Shown: positions 12,701 through 23,392, numbered from the stretch's first letter. The stretch is 64,000 nt of DNA from a virus (IMGVR_UViG_3300032038_000011:32001-96000), one strand, 5' to 3'. Made by a program: numbers and translations. The notes: generated by a model from the letters alone, not told the origin.

Positions 12701-13773
12701 TTAGTATTTAAAGTAGCAATAGTACCGGGAATAGTTTTTAAAGTATCTATTAATGGATGCTCATCGCGCGAATAAGTACCATCTTCTTTTTGAGTTAATT
12801 CTCCATATAAATCAATTAATACATCAGAGAAAGTATAATCATTTGTAGATTCTCCAGACATACCTAAAGTTTCTAAAATATTAGAAACTAAATTATCTAA
12901 AGTATTAATTTTAGAAATTAAAGAATCTGTTAAAAATCCTGATTCAGGAATATCTTCTGCTTCAGGAAGCTCTCGACCTAATACTGCTATAATTTTATCA
13001 ATACGTGAACCACTTGAGTCTCCTCCATCACTAGAACCAAAAATTGCAGTATTTAAATCATTTATTTGTTCAATAATTGTTCTATTAGAACCAGAACTAC
13101 TATTTCCAAAAATGGCATTATAAATTTCAGTAATTCTAGTATCAATATCAGTATAATTATCTAACCAAGTATTATTAGAATAATAAGCAGAACCTAATCT
13201 TGGCCCAATAATAGCTGAAATATTGGTTGGTAAATCGGAAACATTATTTGTTAATGCTTGTAGACGAGCATTTAAAGAGTTAGAAGAAGTACTTCCACTA
13301 GAGCCTTCCCCAAATACTTCGTTATATAATTGCGTTATACGAACATCTATTGGATTAATATTATTTGGTCTTGTGTATGGTATAGATTGTATATCATAAT
13401 CAGTAGTACCAATAATTTGTTGAAGAGTTGTTTTTAAATCATTATTCTGTGCTGATAATCTATTATCAACACTATTATTTATTTGATTTTCAAAACCATC
13501 AATTCTTCCATTAATTTCTTCTACTTCATTATTAAAATTTTGTAAATCTGTTCTAATTGTTGTTATAAATTCATCTTTTATATTTTCCATTGTAGAACGA
13601 GATTCTAAAGCAATTTGAATACCTTGCTCTAAATTATTCATCTCAATTCTCTCAATTATTTCATTATCTTCCCATTTTTTAGGAGCGTATACTTTACTTT
13701 CATCTAAAGAATAAAATGCTCCAGAGGCTTGATAACGACTATCATCCATAAGATAATTAGTTTCATTTGCCAT
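6784..13773 (-). CDS. giant 2329-aa putative virion/adhesion protein (coiled N-terminus, beta-rich domains, CotH-kinase-like core, LRRs)
   Basis: QGTSSVNY, DNVAKN and YDNDT motifs typical of CotH-like domains in gut-phage tail proteins; LRR-like repeats towards the C-terminus. Confidence 0.55.
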   Translation of the reverse strand: MANETNYLMDDSRYQASGAFYSLDESKVYAPKKWEDNEIIERIEMNNLEQGIQIALESRSTMENIKDEFITTIRTDLQNFNNEVEEINGRIDGFENQINNSVDNRLSAQNNDLKTTLQQIIGTTDYDIQSIPYTRPNNINPIDVRITQLYNEVFGEGSSGSTSSNSLNARLQALTNNVSDLPTNISAIIGPRLGSAYYSNNTWLDNYTDIDTRITEIYNAIFGNSSSGSNRTIIEQINDLNTAIFGSSDGGDSSGSRIDKIIAVLGRELPEAEDIPESGFLTDSLISKINTLDNLVSNILETLGMSGESTNDYTFSDVLIDLYGELTQKEDGTYSRDEHPLIDTLKTIPGTIATLNTKVTATETANTQLSTRITTVEGWKNTIDDVYTDADIVDLEDDETTYLRLKREETEKPTNVEGMNADIKNTYIPLPKGGGSGGTTISGTASITRVTEASVQILTGKPCFIEYKLEARDSSGELVGDGTATWFVGGVQVATSSAKNLKSDTDTTTINNDFNISPYLSVGTNNIILQVSVNTGGEYNTIVRKTWTINVVNFSFTWDYNEETIFNTGVITLEWIPYGANLNKTTHIYIDKGTDHEIYLTRTTLQSGITQTYTFEHNLSHGTHTCEIFLTATIDNKNETTDSQFHDIIVLEPSNITPIISSSPLIEIMKKDEEGNFIKDEDGIFIQEMEQYDTVALPIVIYTPNSTLTSNIVLAVNGETVDIWNNINRSIQYWNYSPTTIGEKILTISVGSVIKKIHISVKSVEIDNEEIGDYDFKIKASDIVSNSDLRNNELLTFSDNFDWINGGLKTERDANRNIQQYICIKAGTTLTINKQLFNSNLTNGLNFKIILKTANCSDYDAKILDCYSNEIGIQLFAHRGFLKSSGQSVSTQYGENVYIELEFEVYGTNNNPRYIMCWVDGVMSTVRVCNSTDLFEQTDKSNIIIGSTNCDVYIYLVKSYYKKLSIDEHIANFISDAPNATTMKARYNRNNILGDDGEIDYNLLYKAAPDCRIWLYDISRMTTAKDDPVLVNKFTQMWLNGGKEYYDGLTAKNAALTVQGTSSVNYRKGAANTDINFTKYSNAELASASGENLLAEGLEHKGIKLTDTSIPITYANMKVNFASCEQVNNMCNAMWYQNFQPYPSLSERDCMEFVMGVQFILDRGIDEPTIEDPVTHESVLEVPLFSEKPLRQSEKYYMYSIGNLGNSKKNTHIFHNDNECCIEVNDNTTEGQRMITWPEDLDWTGKVKNMDHSYGMRFPNTKTPDKMITDGWERFVKWMASRNPKAATNEPLESPETYETYTFRGHEREGTQVLRGSTVSEYAGTYTIDSFERRMAKMLSECEDYMAMDSVVYHFCYIERHTMVDNVAKNTFWSAAKTIKNIDGEDQEGYWIWDLSKNYDNDTSDGNNNEGQLVFDYGNEADDSINGKMVFNAADSVWFIFISNLTEACATMFINRESARSKDGKFSNAWNSLTYHNFLLNEQQKIPERVWNECYRYDYLRPYERGINTGWLSFLDGGQKIHQRQHYETFQELYLASKYMSPRSVGNIVTLRGYTPTITNDMDEETKEIIRTSLSVVPSKSEVSVKMYNKCYVTVHMGNNHLHEKAQKGELKTLVFREKNGNYLGLNDTVINIDTASMIQEIGDLSPLYPGQSSFGAAYRLRSIKIGSNIEGYQNLNISDTEQGTFDFSTNSMLERLEIQNLKAVSAPLSLEGCPALKYLDASGSSFSGYSFADGGLLETAYLGYPNAIVMKNLNYLKDSNFIINDLSNLKYLTIDNCAQIDTFNRTLSLDNLLLLNLLNVNWKVQGIDFKQLFEKVKTIPNYAITGTIKLTENMGDFDIEELQNYFTNDLKFFYTDEENIDHEYYNIRFFDPNGKLLKTLYTIGGQGSQVIYDIKTVFNEEELLAYNLAKDPNWVWGAPTRWNLKEWDKPLINIQDNLDVFPVEDIEYKIDYILQTADINKYNTITRYYFEGEFMENLNTDDYVFERNYYQYRPNYWTTDGNQIADSIQTGDNREEITDQIKTNTTQTWYAVYSRSPQTYKVKLYNTDINGLKQGEPLLELERTVVAGGIPNKILYTDIENYLPVKNNQITMIGDESEREVDDEERIYRYLSVKPFVPTGTSGLRVTGNMDLLITYYHKDDIFTNYFLNKIVSCDLGSITTIPKAAFFHSTNLKRLKTEATFVDSYAFSYANTLNRKIYIFTGTNIDFEQYCFNSLNNGIIVFTGSGQIRIDNFSFNNMQNCNLIILNSELPIISKRDRNSGFSGFIAGNNYLYVKNSVVRDLYPNSINSSGYANVPYSLIESERSNIRIVDATNTTYQALMEEVGPL

Positions 13774-14132
13774 TTTATTCCCTCCTTCTTAGGATAGGTT
13801 AAAGTATATTCTTCTTAAATTAAGTAGTAAGTCTTTTAAGAAAATTTAGTTTTTTATAACAAAAAAGAAGAAAGTTATCTTTCTTCTTTTAATAAGGAGT
13901 TTTTGTCCAAATTTTATAAACCCCATTATTTAATCTTTCTTTAAAATCAGTAGGGTGTTTTAAGCATTCATTTCGTAATAAAGAATATCGTTCAATTTCA
14001 TTATAATCTGGATTATTAGAATTATATTCGATTATCCAAAATAAAGTTTCTTTGCCAATAATTGTTAAATTTCCAGTATAAGTAAGTAAATCATTATAAT
14101 TGGTTATTATATCAGGCATAATAAATCCCTCC

Positions 14133-14675
14133 TTAGTCCCAAAGACAATCAAAATGCTTAAAAAATTCTTTTCCAAAATCTTCTAACACTTGTCCTCGAG
14201 TTTTATGAATTTCTTCACAACGTTTATAGTATTGTTCTCTTATTTCTTCTTTAGTTGAAGAGCCATAAGAAGTTGTTGTTAAAAAAGGCCCATTTGGATG
14301 TTCTTTTTTATAAAGGTCATCTTCAAAAGTTTTTTCATAATCTTTACTATATTCATTTTGATCTTCTAGCCAATCATCATATTGTAACCGTTCAATTGTA
14401 TTAGCCATTTTATGAAGCCAATCGTGCCATTTTTCAGAAGTTTCAAATGGTTCCTTACCTGGATAAGCCATACCTTTATCAGCCATATATCTAAGCATTG
14501 ATGGTGTTGTAGAACAAAACCAAGAATCCCAATCCCAAACATCCCAAGAACACCAACCATATCGAATACGATGATAAGCTGCTTTAATATTTCTCCATAA
14601 TTGAGAAAACCATTTCCAAGGATGTGTTAAATAATAATGATTAGTATAAGGCCATTGAAATACATTTAAATTCAT
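14133..14675 (-). CDS. Trp-rich hypothetical phage protein
   Basis: 180-aa ORF ending F..LWD, coupled to neighbours. Confidence 0.55.
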   Translation of the reverse strand: MNLNVFQWPYTNHYYLTHPWKWFSQLWRNIKAAYHRIRYGWCSWDVWDWDSWFCSTTPSMLRYMADKGMAYPGKEPFETSEKWHDWLHKMANTIERLQYDDWLEDQNEYSKDYEKTFEDDLYKKEHPNGPFLTTTSYGSSTKEEIREQYYKRCEEIHKTRGQVLEDFGKEFFKHFDCLWD

Positions 14676-15231
14676 AAATTTGCTCCTTCCAGATGTTTAA
14701 TTTTTCTTACATATTCGCGTGCTTCATCTTCTGTTTCGTAAAGATGATATGGAATAGAATCTTCTTCAATTTTAGATAATTGAGGCTCACCCCATTCTAA
14801 AGGTACTTCTTTTATGGCCCACCATCTATCATTTATTCTAAATTTAGAAATTACTTTATCAGGAGAAAATTTGTCATATAAATCTAAAACAAAAACAGTT
14901 TGATTCATTAAAATTTAAATTTATAGAAAATATTCCCATTAGTTTGGTGGTCCATTTCCATATAAACACTATTTTTCTGACACCATTTTCCAGCCAAATC
15001 TCTTTCATTATCATATAGTAAATGAAAAAAATAATTTTTTCCTTGCTTTTTCGCGCGATTAAATTCATCATCAAGCAAAGAAAAAAGTGCTGGCGCGGCA
15101 TTTTTCTTTTTAAATAAACTCATAATTTTCTCCTTATCTACAAATAGTAATGATAAAACTAGTTATAATTATTAAAATTCCAAACCAAAAACCAATTGCT
15201 ACTGGATGCTTATAAAAAAAATCTTTCATTA

Positions 15232-15705
15232 TTATAATCTCCAAAGTATTAAATTATATTCTTTAAATTGTTCTTCTAATATTTTAAAAACTATATTCCA
15301 ATCTCCGCCACCAAGACCACAACCAATTTTATACGGCATATTTATCGGATAATTACGCCAATCTTCAGAGACATTATGTACGTGAAGGCAAATACGTTCA
15401 CAGCAAACTTTAAAAGCTTCGTAATCAGTATTACATTTATTATGTCCGCGCCAATCGTCTTGAGCAAACATACAACATGAACTACCATTTTCTTCATCTA
15501 CAAAAAGACAATGGCCTAATAATACTGTTGTATCCTCTTTAGCAATATTACAAAATTTTAAATATGACTTATAAGCTGCTGGAAAGTAATTTGGAAAAAT
15601 CGCGGCAACTCCTCGCCCCATTTTCCCTTTACAATTTACTTGATGACAAATAATACCTTCTGTAGCAGAAAACAAATCTCCTTCTTTAATTGTAATCATT
15701 TTCAA
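15232..15705 (-). CDS. macrodomain protein (ADP-ribose glycohydrolase-like)
   Basis: EGDLF...ICHQVNC.GKMGRGVA and MPYKIGCGLGGGDW motifs. Confidence 0.85.
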   Translation of the reverse strand: MKMITIKEGDLFSATEGIICHQVNCKGKMGRGVAAIFPNYFPAAYKSYLKFCNIAKEDTTVLLGHCLFVDEENGSSCCMFAQDDWRGHNKCNTDYEAFKVCCERICLHVHNVSEDWRNYPINMPYKIGCGLGGGDWNIVFKILEEQFKEYNLILWRL

Positions 15706-16426
15706 ATTCCTCTATAACAGAAGTAAAACCATTAATATAAGAATAATTATCTGTATTTTTAATTCTTTCACGAACTTGTATACTACCTAGTGCGGCACAC
15801 ATTGCTTCAAAATGGGAATAATTCCAAGGGTCTTTCATCCAACTAAAATATTCAAAAAGAATAGAAACAGGATTTAAATTATAACGAACAGCCTCTAACA
15901 TAGTGTGTTCCATAATTTGGTCAATTATACCATTAGTATAATATTCTTTTGGAGTAGAAGTATATTTATGTAAAAAATTTATAATGGCTTCGCGCGAATG
16001 CCCACAATGTTTAATTACCCAAATAATACCCTGATACATTTTATCCATTTTTATTATCCTCATTTTCTTTAAAAATTTTAATTAATTCTTCTTCATAATT
16101 GGTAAAATCTGCTCCACAAAAATCACAATAAGGTTGTAATTTTTGTTTCATACGACATTCACTACAGTAATAATAATCATTTTTATGAATTAATTTTGCT
16201 ATCATATATAAAAATACCTCATTATAGAAAAAACAAAAACGAAAACTGCTATACAAATTGCATAAAAGCCTTTCATACCTTCTCCAGTAACAATGTCTAA
16301 AATACCTATTGCTATTATAAGAAAACAAACGATTCCTTCTATAATCATATTATTCTCCTTTATTTTTACTATAATAATTATATCAAAATTCGCGCGAAAA
16401 GTCAAATAAAAAGAGTAGGATTTCTC

Positions 16427-17146
16427 CTACTCATTTGTTACATTTCTCTTATTTAGCTTAATCCAGTTAATTAGACCAATAATAGCCATAATTAGATAGA
16501 TAGATTTCTTAGTAAGATAAACGGGATCAAAATGCTGAATGTACATTGCTACAGCAACAATATCAGTAATAATCCACCATACATACTGCTCGCGGAATCG
16601 GAATAGCTCAAGAATAACAGCTACAATACCAATAGCTAGTGTCGCAGCGTCAAGCCAAGCTACGTTCCCGCCGACTTTGACAAGAATAGCGTGATAAATT
16701 ACAGTACCTGCGACAATTACGCCTGCGACCAGAGCATTCTGCCACCAAGTCATCTTTCTACTCTTAGTTAGCTCATTCTGCTGCTCGTCACGATGTCGTG
16801 CCCAATACCACCAAGAAATGATATTCATCGGGGCATAGAAGAAAATTTCAAGACACATCGTGCCGTAAATCTTCCAATACCAAAGATAAATAATATAAAC
16901 AAAGGTATTGATACAGGCGAACGGGAAATTAGAAATAGAGCCTTTCGCGCAAAGGAAAATACAAAACACACCAGCAATAGCACTGATAAAATTAATTACC
17001 GTTAGCCAAGGCGGGTTCATACTTTCTGCGGGATTCATAAAACTAAGAACCATTGCTCTTGCCGCAATAAAAATCATAATTGCGGCCATAAGCCATTCGT
17101 AAGGCTTCATTGCTTTCAACGACTTCTTCAGATTTTTAAACTTCAT
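16427..17146 (-). CDS. pnuC: nicotinamide riboside transporter PnuC
   Basis: Multi-TM protein with SWWYW, WLDA and REQYVWWIITD motifs, next to a NadR-like gene. Confidence 0.85.
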   Translation of the reverse strand: MKFKNLKKSLKAMKPYEWLMAAIMIFIAARAMVLSFMNPAESMNPPWLTVINFISAIAGVFCIFLCAKGSISNFPFACINTFVYIIYLWYWKIYGTMCLEIFFYAPMNIISWWYWARHRDEQQNELTKSRKMTWWQNALVAGVIVAGTVIYHAILVKVGGNVAWLDAATLAIGIVAVILELFRFREQYVWWIITDIVAVAMYIQHFDPVYLTKKSIYLIMAIIGLINWIKLNKRNVTNE

Positions 17147-17166
17147 AATAAATATATTCCTTTCTA

Positions 17167-17697
17167 TTATTTACAAAACCATTTTCTTGCTTCTTCTTCT
17201 GTCATACCACGAAGCATTGTAGCACTAATAGGGAAATTTTCTCTTGGAGGATCAACTAATACGTGTTCTGCCCACGGATAGGCACGTCTGAAATATTCGT
17301 CATAAGAAATTTCGCTACTAAAAGCCGCATTTAATTTCCCACAAGCATTAAGAACAAGTGGAGTTTCTGCATCCCAATCTTCTTTACCCTCGGCTGTCTT
17401 ACAATTTGTAACATCAATAAAAACTGGTGTTACATTACTAAATTTAGAACAAATACGTCGGAGTTCTTCTTTTCTAGCTTCTACACTAAGATACTTTTTG
17501 TCAAGAGTGGTATCATTTTTAATAATTTCTAACTCTTGATCGCCGCCATAGAATAGAATACAATATACTTTATCGCAAAGTAAAGCGGCAGTATTCAAAC
17601 AAAAGAAATGACCTCGATGAAATGGAATAAATTTTCCACCATACATTCCTATCTTATAGTGAAGATTAGCCTGAAAAGCATCTTCCCATTTAATCAA
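17167..17697 (-). CDS. NadR-like NMN adenylyltransferase domain (no kinase domain)
   Basis: GGKFIPFHRGH (HxGH) motif, FSSE..Y..Y, DPPRENFPISATMLR. Confidence 0.8.
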   Translation of the reverse strand: MIKWEDAFQANLHYKIGMYGGKFIPFHRGHFFCLNTAALLCDKVYCILFYGGDQELEIIKNDTTLDKKYLSVEARKEELRRICSKFSNVTPVFIDVTNCKTAEGKEDWDAETPLVLNACGKLNAAFSSEISYDEYFRRAYPWAEHVLVDPPRENFPISATMLRGMTEEEARKWFCK

Positions 17698-18402
17698 AAT
17701 ATCTTCTCTCCTTTCTTATGTATATATTATACCAGAAATTCAAGTTGAAGTCAATCTTTTTTAATAATTAAATCTCGCCATTTTTCGCACTTAATTGTTC
17801 ACTGATACTTCGCATTTACTTTTTTCCTTTGAAATAAATATAAAATCTTCTGGTTTGGCTTTTGACAAATCCATTTCAATAATTATATTTTCTGGTTTTT
17901 TTGAGCCTAAAATTGTTTTTTCAAAATCTTCTCTATTAGAATTATTTTCATATGAAAATGTATAATTACAATTTAAACAATCGCAATATACTGTTTCAGA
18001 ATTCTTATCAGGATTTATATTTATCCCATCTTTATATATTGGAGGATAATATACCGCAGTAACAGTTGAATATTTTACTTGATAATAACTTTTGCCGCAA
18101 TTTGGACACTTAATCATACGAGCCTCCCAGTCCTGCCATAGACATATGCCAAGCACTTTCTTCATCATCTACATTTTCATAAACTTCTTGCCAAGGACAC
18201 CATTTTGGTTTAAGCCAATTAGCCCAAATATCAGGAACTGATTCAGAAGTATTCCATTCAATAACAACCATTTCCTGTTTTGCGGCCGCGCAATATCGAA
18301 TTAGATATTGAACTCCTTGTACATTTTCTTTGTCTATAGCGTAAGTTTGCATACAAGGACATTCTATACATTTTTGCGGCATTCTTCTATTTAAAGCAAT
18401 CA

Positions 18403-18651
18403 TTAATCATCAATCCTCATATAAGTTTCTTCAAAAATATCTTCTCTACAAGGATAATATTCACCCTTTGGTCCACGAATAATCCAACTACCAGGAATAG
18501 CTTTCATTTCTCCTTCTAAAGTATGAATAAAAAGATTATTTGAACCGTCAATAACTGGATGATTATCTCCCATAAAATTAGCGATTTGATCAAAATTATG
18601 TCCGGTCCACTGAAAAGCATCAATTGGAATAGGCTTCTTTACAAACTTCAT
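18403..18651 (-). CDS. PGDYG-like conserved phage protein
   Basis: KKPIPIDAFQW...TLEGEMKA.PGSWIIRGPKGEYYPC..DIFEETY. Confidence 0.7.
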   Translation of the reverse strand: MKFVKKPIPIDAFQWTGHNFDQIANFMGDNHPVIDGSNNLFIHTLEGEMKAIPGSWIIRGPKGEYYPCREDIFEETYMRIDD

Positions 18652-18801
18652 ATTAGTCCTCCTTAATTTCTTTAGTAATATAAACGGGTGTACTTTTTTC
18701 TTCTTCTAAAGGAGTATTTTGCCATAAATAAACTCCCATATTTATGATAATACTAATATTTAGAACAATAATGAAAAGAATAAAAATTTCCATAATACCT
18801 C

Positions 18802-19095
18802 TTAATGATAGTTTTTACCATAAATACCAATTTCACCATTGGAAAGATAATACGGTGAGACGCCAAAAGCATAGCTACCTTCCGAGCCAATTATATAATA
18901 CATAACCTTTGTGTCTGGGTCATAACCGAGTCTAACAGAATATTCGCCTATAGCGCGCGAATAAAGCGTTTTAATTACATAAAAATTAGCAATAGTTTCA
19001 ACCGTTTGTCCGTTATCAAGAGCAATTCGCTTTGAGCAACCTGTTAGTGCGAGAAGTATACCTAAAATTAAAATAAAAATTAAAACTTTCTTCAT
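18802..19095 (-). CDS. putative lipoprotein
   Basis: Signal peptide with lipobox LTGC. Confidence 0.6.
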   Translation of the reverse strand: MKKVLIFILILGILLALTGCSKRIALDNGQTVETIANFYVIKTLYSRAIGEYSVRLGYDPDTKVMYYIIGSEGSYAFGVSPYYLSNGEIGIYGKNYH

Positions 19096-20291
19096 ATTAT
19101 CTCCTTAAAACTTATCTGCCATCCAAATACCAAGTTTCGCGCCTAAAAACGCCCCAATAATATAACCAATAAGCCAGTAGAAAAATCTCATTTAAAACAT
19201 CTCCGTCATAAGTATATCAAGATAATCGGATTCTAATCCAAGATAAGAAGCAAGAATATCTTCTGCTTCTTGCCAATATCCTTGTGCAACTGCTTCTTCC
19301 ATTTCTTCCATACATTCACTAACGAGATTGGTTGCTTCTAAAACAGAAATATTATCTCTATGCATAATTAAGTTAATAACATCATTCACTGAATTCATTT
19401 ACATACTCCCATTCATTACATTCTTCTCGTATTTTATCATCTGGTTTAGTATCCCACCAACGATAACGTTTATCGCGCCATTTTTCCGCAAATAACTCGT
19501 CAATAGCTTCTCTTACTTCATTTTCCCAATTATTACAAAAATAATGATTCCCATTTATCATTATAGGCTGTTGAGTAAAGCCAATGTCAAACATATAAGG
19601 CTGAAGAGAGGTATGACCATCAAAATAACATTCAAGCCATACTACCTCTCCAATTTCACCTATAGAACAAATGTCAGAAGTTGTAAGAAGTTTACTCATA
19701 ACGTGGCTCCAGTCCAAGTGCGGTGGCAATTTCAGCAGGAATAGGTTGGTCGGCCTTTTCATTTAAACGATCTTCAAGTCTAGCTCCTGCACTATATTCA
19801 TCAATGAAATAAACGCTCTTTGGTGTAGTTAAACCCATTTTCTTTAAGTATTCGCGCCAAGTAGGATATTTAGGCTCGGGGTGCTCTGCAGCCCAAGTAT
19901 TAACTACTTCTTCAATCTTTCCCCAATCGGTTGCTTCATCCATCGCCCAAATAGCGTCGCAATTGTGAATAGGGCAAATATGACAACAATCTTCTTGATA
20001 ATGTTCGTCATAATACTTACACATGCGTTGCCAATCGCGCATGATTTGAGCGAAATTTGTCATTCCCATGTATATTTGTCTCCCTTATATTCTTCAATTT
20101 CCATAACAGGTGTTTCAATCATGTGCGCGCCGCAGTGATGACAAAATTTTTCAGCAGAAGGAAAAGCAGAACTGCCATTAAAAGCCATAGTTTTACAATT
20201 GCTACAATGGAAAATTCCTCCGTGCCAAGAGCCATCCGCATCAGTGTATAAATCATAAATCCAATGAGCTGTAATTTCCATAATAATCTCC

Positions 20292-21467
20292 TTATTCATC
20301 TTCATTAATTCCAATTTCATTTTTACTTACAAGAGTTTGGAGATGCGCGGAAAGACTCTTCGCGCGCATCTCTTTATAAAATTCGTTCGCATTCTGCACC
20401 TTATTATCAAGCCGCGCGAAAAGAAAAGACTTTAGTGGCCCGATATAAGTACAAGCATAACGAGCAAAATCTGCACGAGTAGCAGGAGAATGCGACATTA
20501 TAGTAGAGAAAGCTAAGTCAGCAATATCAATTAAATGTTGCAACTGATGAATAACTTCATCAACAAAAGAACGAAATTCCGGATAATAGGCAATAAAATC
20601 ATCAAGAGAATCATTTTGCCACATTTCCACAACTCGTAGAACAGTTAAAGCTCCATTACCACGCAGCTTATGTAGCCGCAAGTATTCGTCGCCTTTAACC
20701 TTTATACGCAGAACAGAACCATTTTCTTTTTGATTATACGCAGTAACTACATAGCCTTCTTCATCTACGCCCATCTTATGCGCGGCTTCAATACATTCTG
20801 CAAGAGAAGTATAATGAAAATGGCGCGGACGCTTAACCCAAGAAGAATTCCAAAATAAGAAATCTTCGATTCCCATTCCAGTATCTTCTTCCATATTCAT
20901 CATCTTACGCATACCAAGAAAATAAATCGCAGCTTCATTGTAATGAATAACAATACGGTTCATCGGAGATACCATTTCAAACCAGTAGGTATACAAAGGA
21001 GATAGAGTAGAAAGAAATTCACCCCAAGAAACATGCTGCTGGATGATAGACTTAAAGATAGCACCAAAAGTAGTATCGCCGCATTCAGCCTTGAAAGCAT
21101 CAATAGTTCCATTAGTAGAAATATGCCATTCATTCCGGTCATACCATACTTTAATAATAGAACCATCAATCTTTTCCTGTACGTCTACGCCAAGAGTCCA
21201 ATCTATACGATTAGTAGAAGCATAAGATTCTCCATAGTTACCAAATTTATCCATTGCGCGGCAAATACAAAACCATTCACCCGCATCATTTTGACGAAAG
21301 ATAGACCCGCGCGCTTCAATAACTTCAGGTAGGTTAAAATCAGACTGAATCATATTATACTTTAAGATATAATAATCTCCATCCTGCTTGGTTTCAATAA
21401 AATACGGAGCAACAGCTAATTTAGCTTGCCAATCCGAATTTTCATTCATAAACTTAGTCAAATACAT
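20292..21467 (-). CDS. T4 Rnl1-like RNA ligase
   Basis: EARG, KFGN, motif I EKIDGS, EGYVV and IKVK...Y. Confidence 0.85.
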   Translation of the reverse strand: MYLTKFMNENSDWQAKLAVAPYFIETKQDGDYYILKYNMIQSDFNLPEVIEARGSIFRQNDAGEWFCICRAMDKFGNYGESYASTNRIDWTLGVDVQEKIDGSIIKVWYDRNEWHISTNGTIDAFKAECGDTTFGAIFKSIIQQHVSWGEFLSTLSPLYTYWFEMVSPMNRIVIHYNEAAIYFLGMRKMMNMEEDTGMGIEDFLFWNSSWVKRPRHFHYTSLAECIEAAHKMGVDEEGYVVTAYNQKENGSVLRIKVKGDEYLRLHKLRGNGALTVLRVVEMWQNDSLDDFIAYYPEFRSFVDEVIHQLQHLIDIADLAFSTIMSHSPATRADFARYACTYIGPLKSFLFARLDNKVQNANEFYKEMRAKSLSAHLQTLVSKNEIGINEDE

Positions 21468-22857
21468 ATTGTTGTTGCTCCTTTCCTTTTATGTATATAT
21501 TATAATATAATTTTATATTAAAGTCAAGGAGTAGGTTTATAGGATTTTTTATATAGTAAAAAATCTGGGAAATTAATCCCAGAAATGAAAATGAAATTAG
21601 GGGGGTTGGTTTAAGGGCTATAGAGTTTAAAAATAAAATTAAAACTTAATTGCGCGAATCAAAATGAAATTACCAACATTCATCATGTGGAGCCCAAATG
21701 TTGCCCCAAATAGCTTCTTCTTGCTTATCATAAAAATTTTGTAAAGTTTCTAAGTCATGCTGCTGCTCTAAAATTAATTTTCTAGCTTCAACAATCATTC
21801 TATCACAACCATGAATAAAATTTTTATGATATTCACAATTTTCGCAATCTTCTCTAATACAAGCTTCTAAACCTTTAATAACTCTATCAAATAAATCCTT
21901 AGTCATCTTCAATCACCGTATCATTCCAACAAACATTTAGACCGCTATTATTCGTAAATGTGCTAAAACCTAAATCATATAGCCAATCTCTAGTATCTTG
22001 ACTAATAGTTGGTAGTACTGCAGAAAAACAACCTTTGTATGCCGCATTTAAAATTATCTCAGCAACAAATTCTCTTTCTCGTGCGGCAATAGCTTCGTGT
22101 GCAATTTTATTACATTGCTTCACATTTAACTCTACTTTCTCAAGCAGAACACCATTCATATCATAAGTATTTTCCATATCATTCACCATTCTATATAATG
22201 TTCAAAAAGAAGTGAAGCTTCACTAACTTTAAAGCCTTCTGCGCGCAAAGCTTCAATTTGTTCAGGGGTTAATTGCATATAACAACCATGACTGCCTCGT
22301 GAAGCACTTTTTTCAATAGCTTTAGCAACTGAGGGATAAGCATGCTCAATGTCTTTTGCTTCTTTAGTTAATTTTCTTATCTTATCAATAAATCTCATTA
22401 CCAATTACTCTCCATTCCACTTATATAAAAATCATTTAATAGTTCAATTAAATATTTGGCTTCTTGATATGGCTTTTTATTAATATAATCAATCCAATAA
22501 TTATACCATTCATTACTATAATTAAAATTCTTTTGGACTAATTGTAAATTTTTAATAAAGACTTGATAACTTTCAGAATCATAAATATGTTTTGATTTAA
22601 TCGCGCGAATAACTTCAACTTGCATCATACAGGGATAATTCATATATTCTGTATAAAAAGAGCGCATAATAAGTTTTTCATCTTTCTTTAACTTAAAGCG
22701 TTCCATTTCTTCTTTACTTTCAAAATAATAATTGTAACGTATTATTTCAAAATTTTCTTCTTTACGAATAACCGATTCAGTACCTTTTTTCACTTAACTC
22801 AACCTCTCTTACTTTATATAAATATTATACACCAAAATTTCCTAAAAGTCAACAAAC

Positions 22858-23392
22858 GGGTCCCCTTGGGGACCGGTGACTCAAAAAGCGCGAAGCGCTT
22901 TTTGAGGAACGGGAAGGGGGACATAAGGTTTTCGCGCGGTTGTAAGAAAAGGAAAAATATAGCATTTTAAGTATTTAATATATGGTACATCCTTGTTGTA
23001 AAGAAAAGAAGAGATATGAATTTCTAGTATGTATAAGGTTAAATATAGAGAAGAGATAAGGAAGTTGTGAATTTGGGAGGGAAGGGTTGGTTTTAAAGTG
23101 AGGAGAATTTTGGGGTGTAGAAATTATAGTAGTGCGCCAAATTTTAACTCTTGTCAAGTATCTAACTCTATAAAATTTTTATCGAAAAAAAATGAATCCG
23201 GGGTTCTAGAGAATCTCGGATAAAAATTTTTTCTGACAAAATTTTTACCCCACCTCTTATAAATAGGTGGGGTAAATTTCTCGTCAGCATTTTAGAAAAA
23301 GTCAAATACTTGACTGTAGTAATTTTTTATCGAAAAAAAATGAGTCCGGGGGTGTCTATATAGACCCCCGGACCCAAATTTTTTCGATTTTT
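22858..23392. other. hairpin- and direct-repeat-rich non-coding region, candidate replication origin
   Basis: Several long inverted repeats and a duplicated AATTTTTTATCGAAAAAAAATGA(A/G)TCCGGGG, abutting the 3' end of the helicase gene. Confidence 0.45.
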
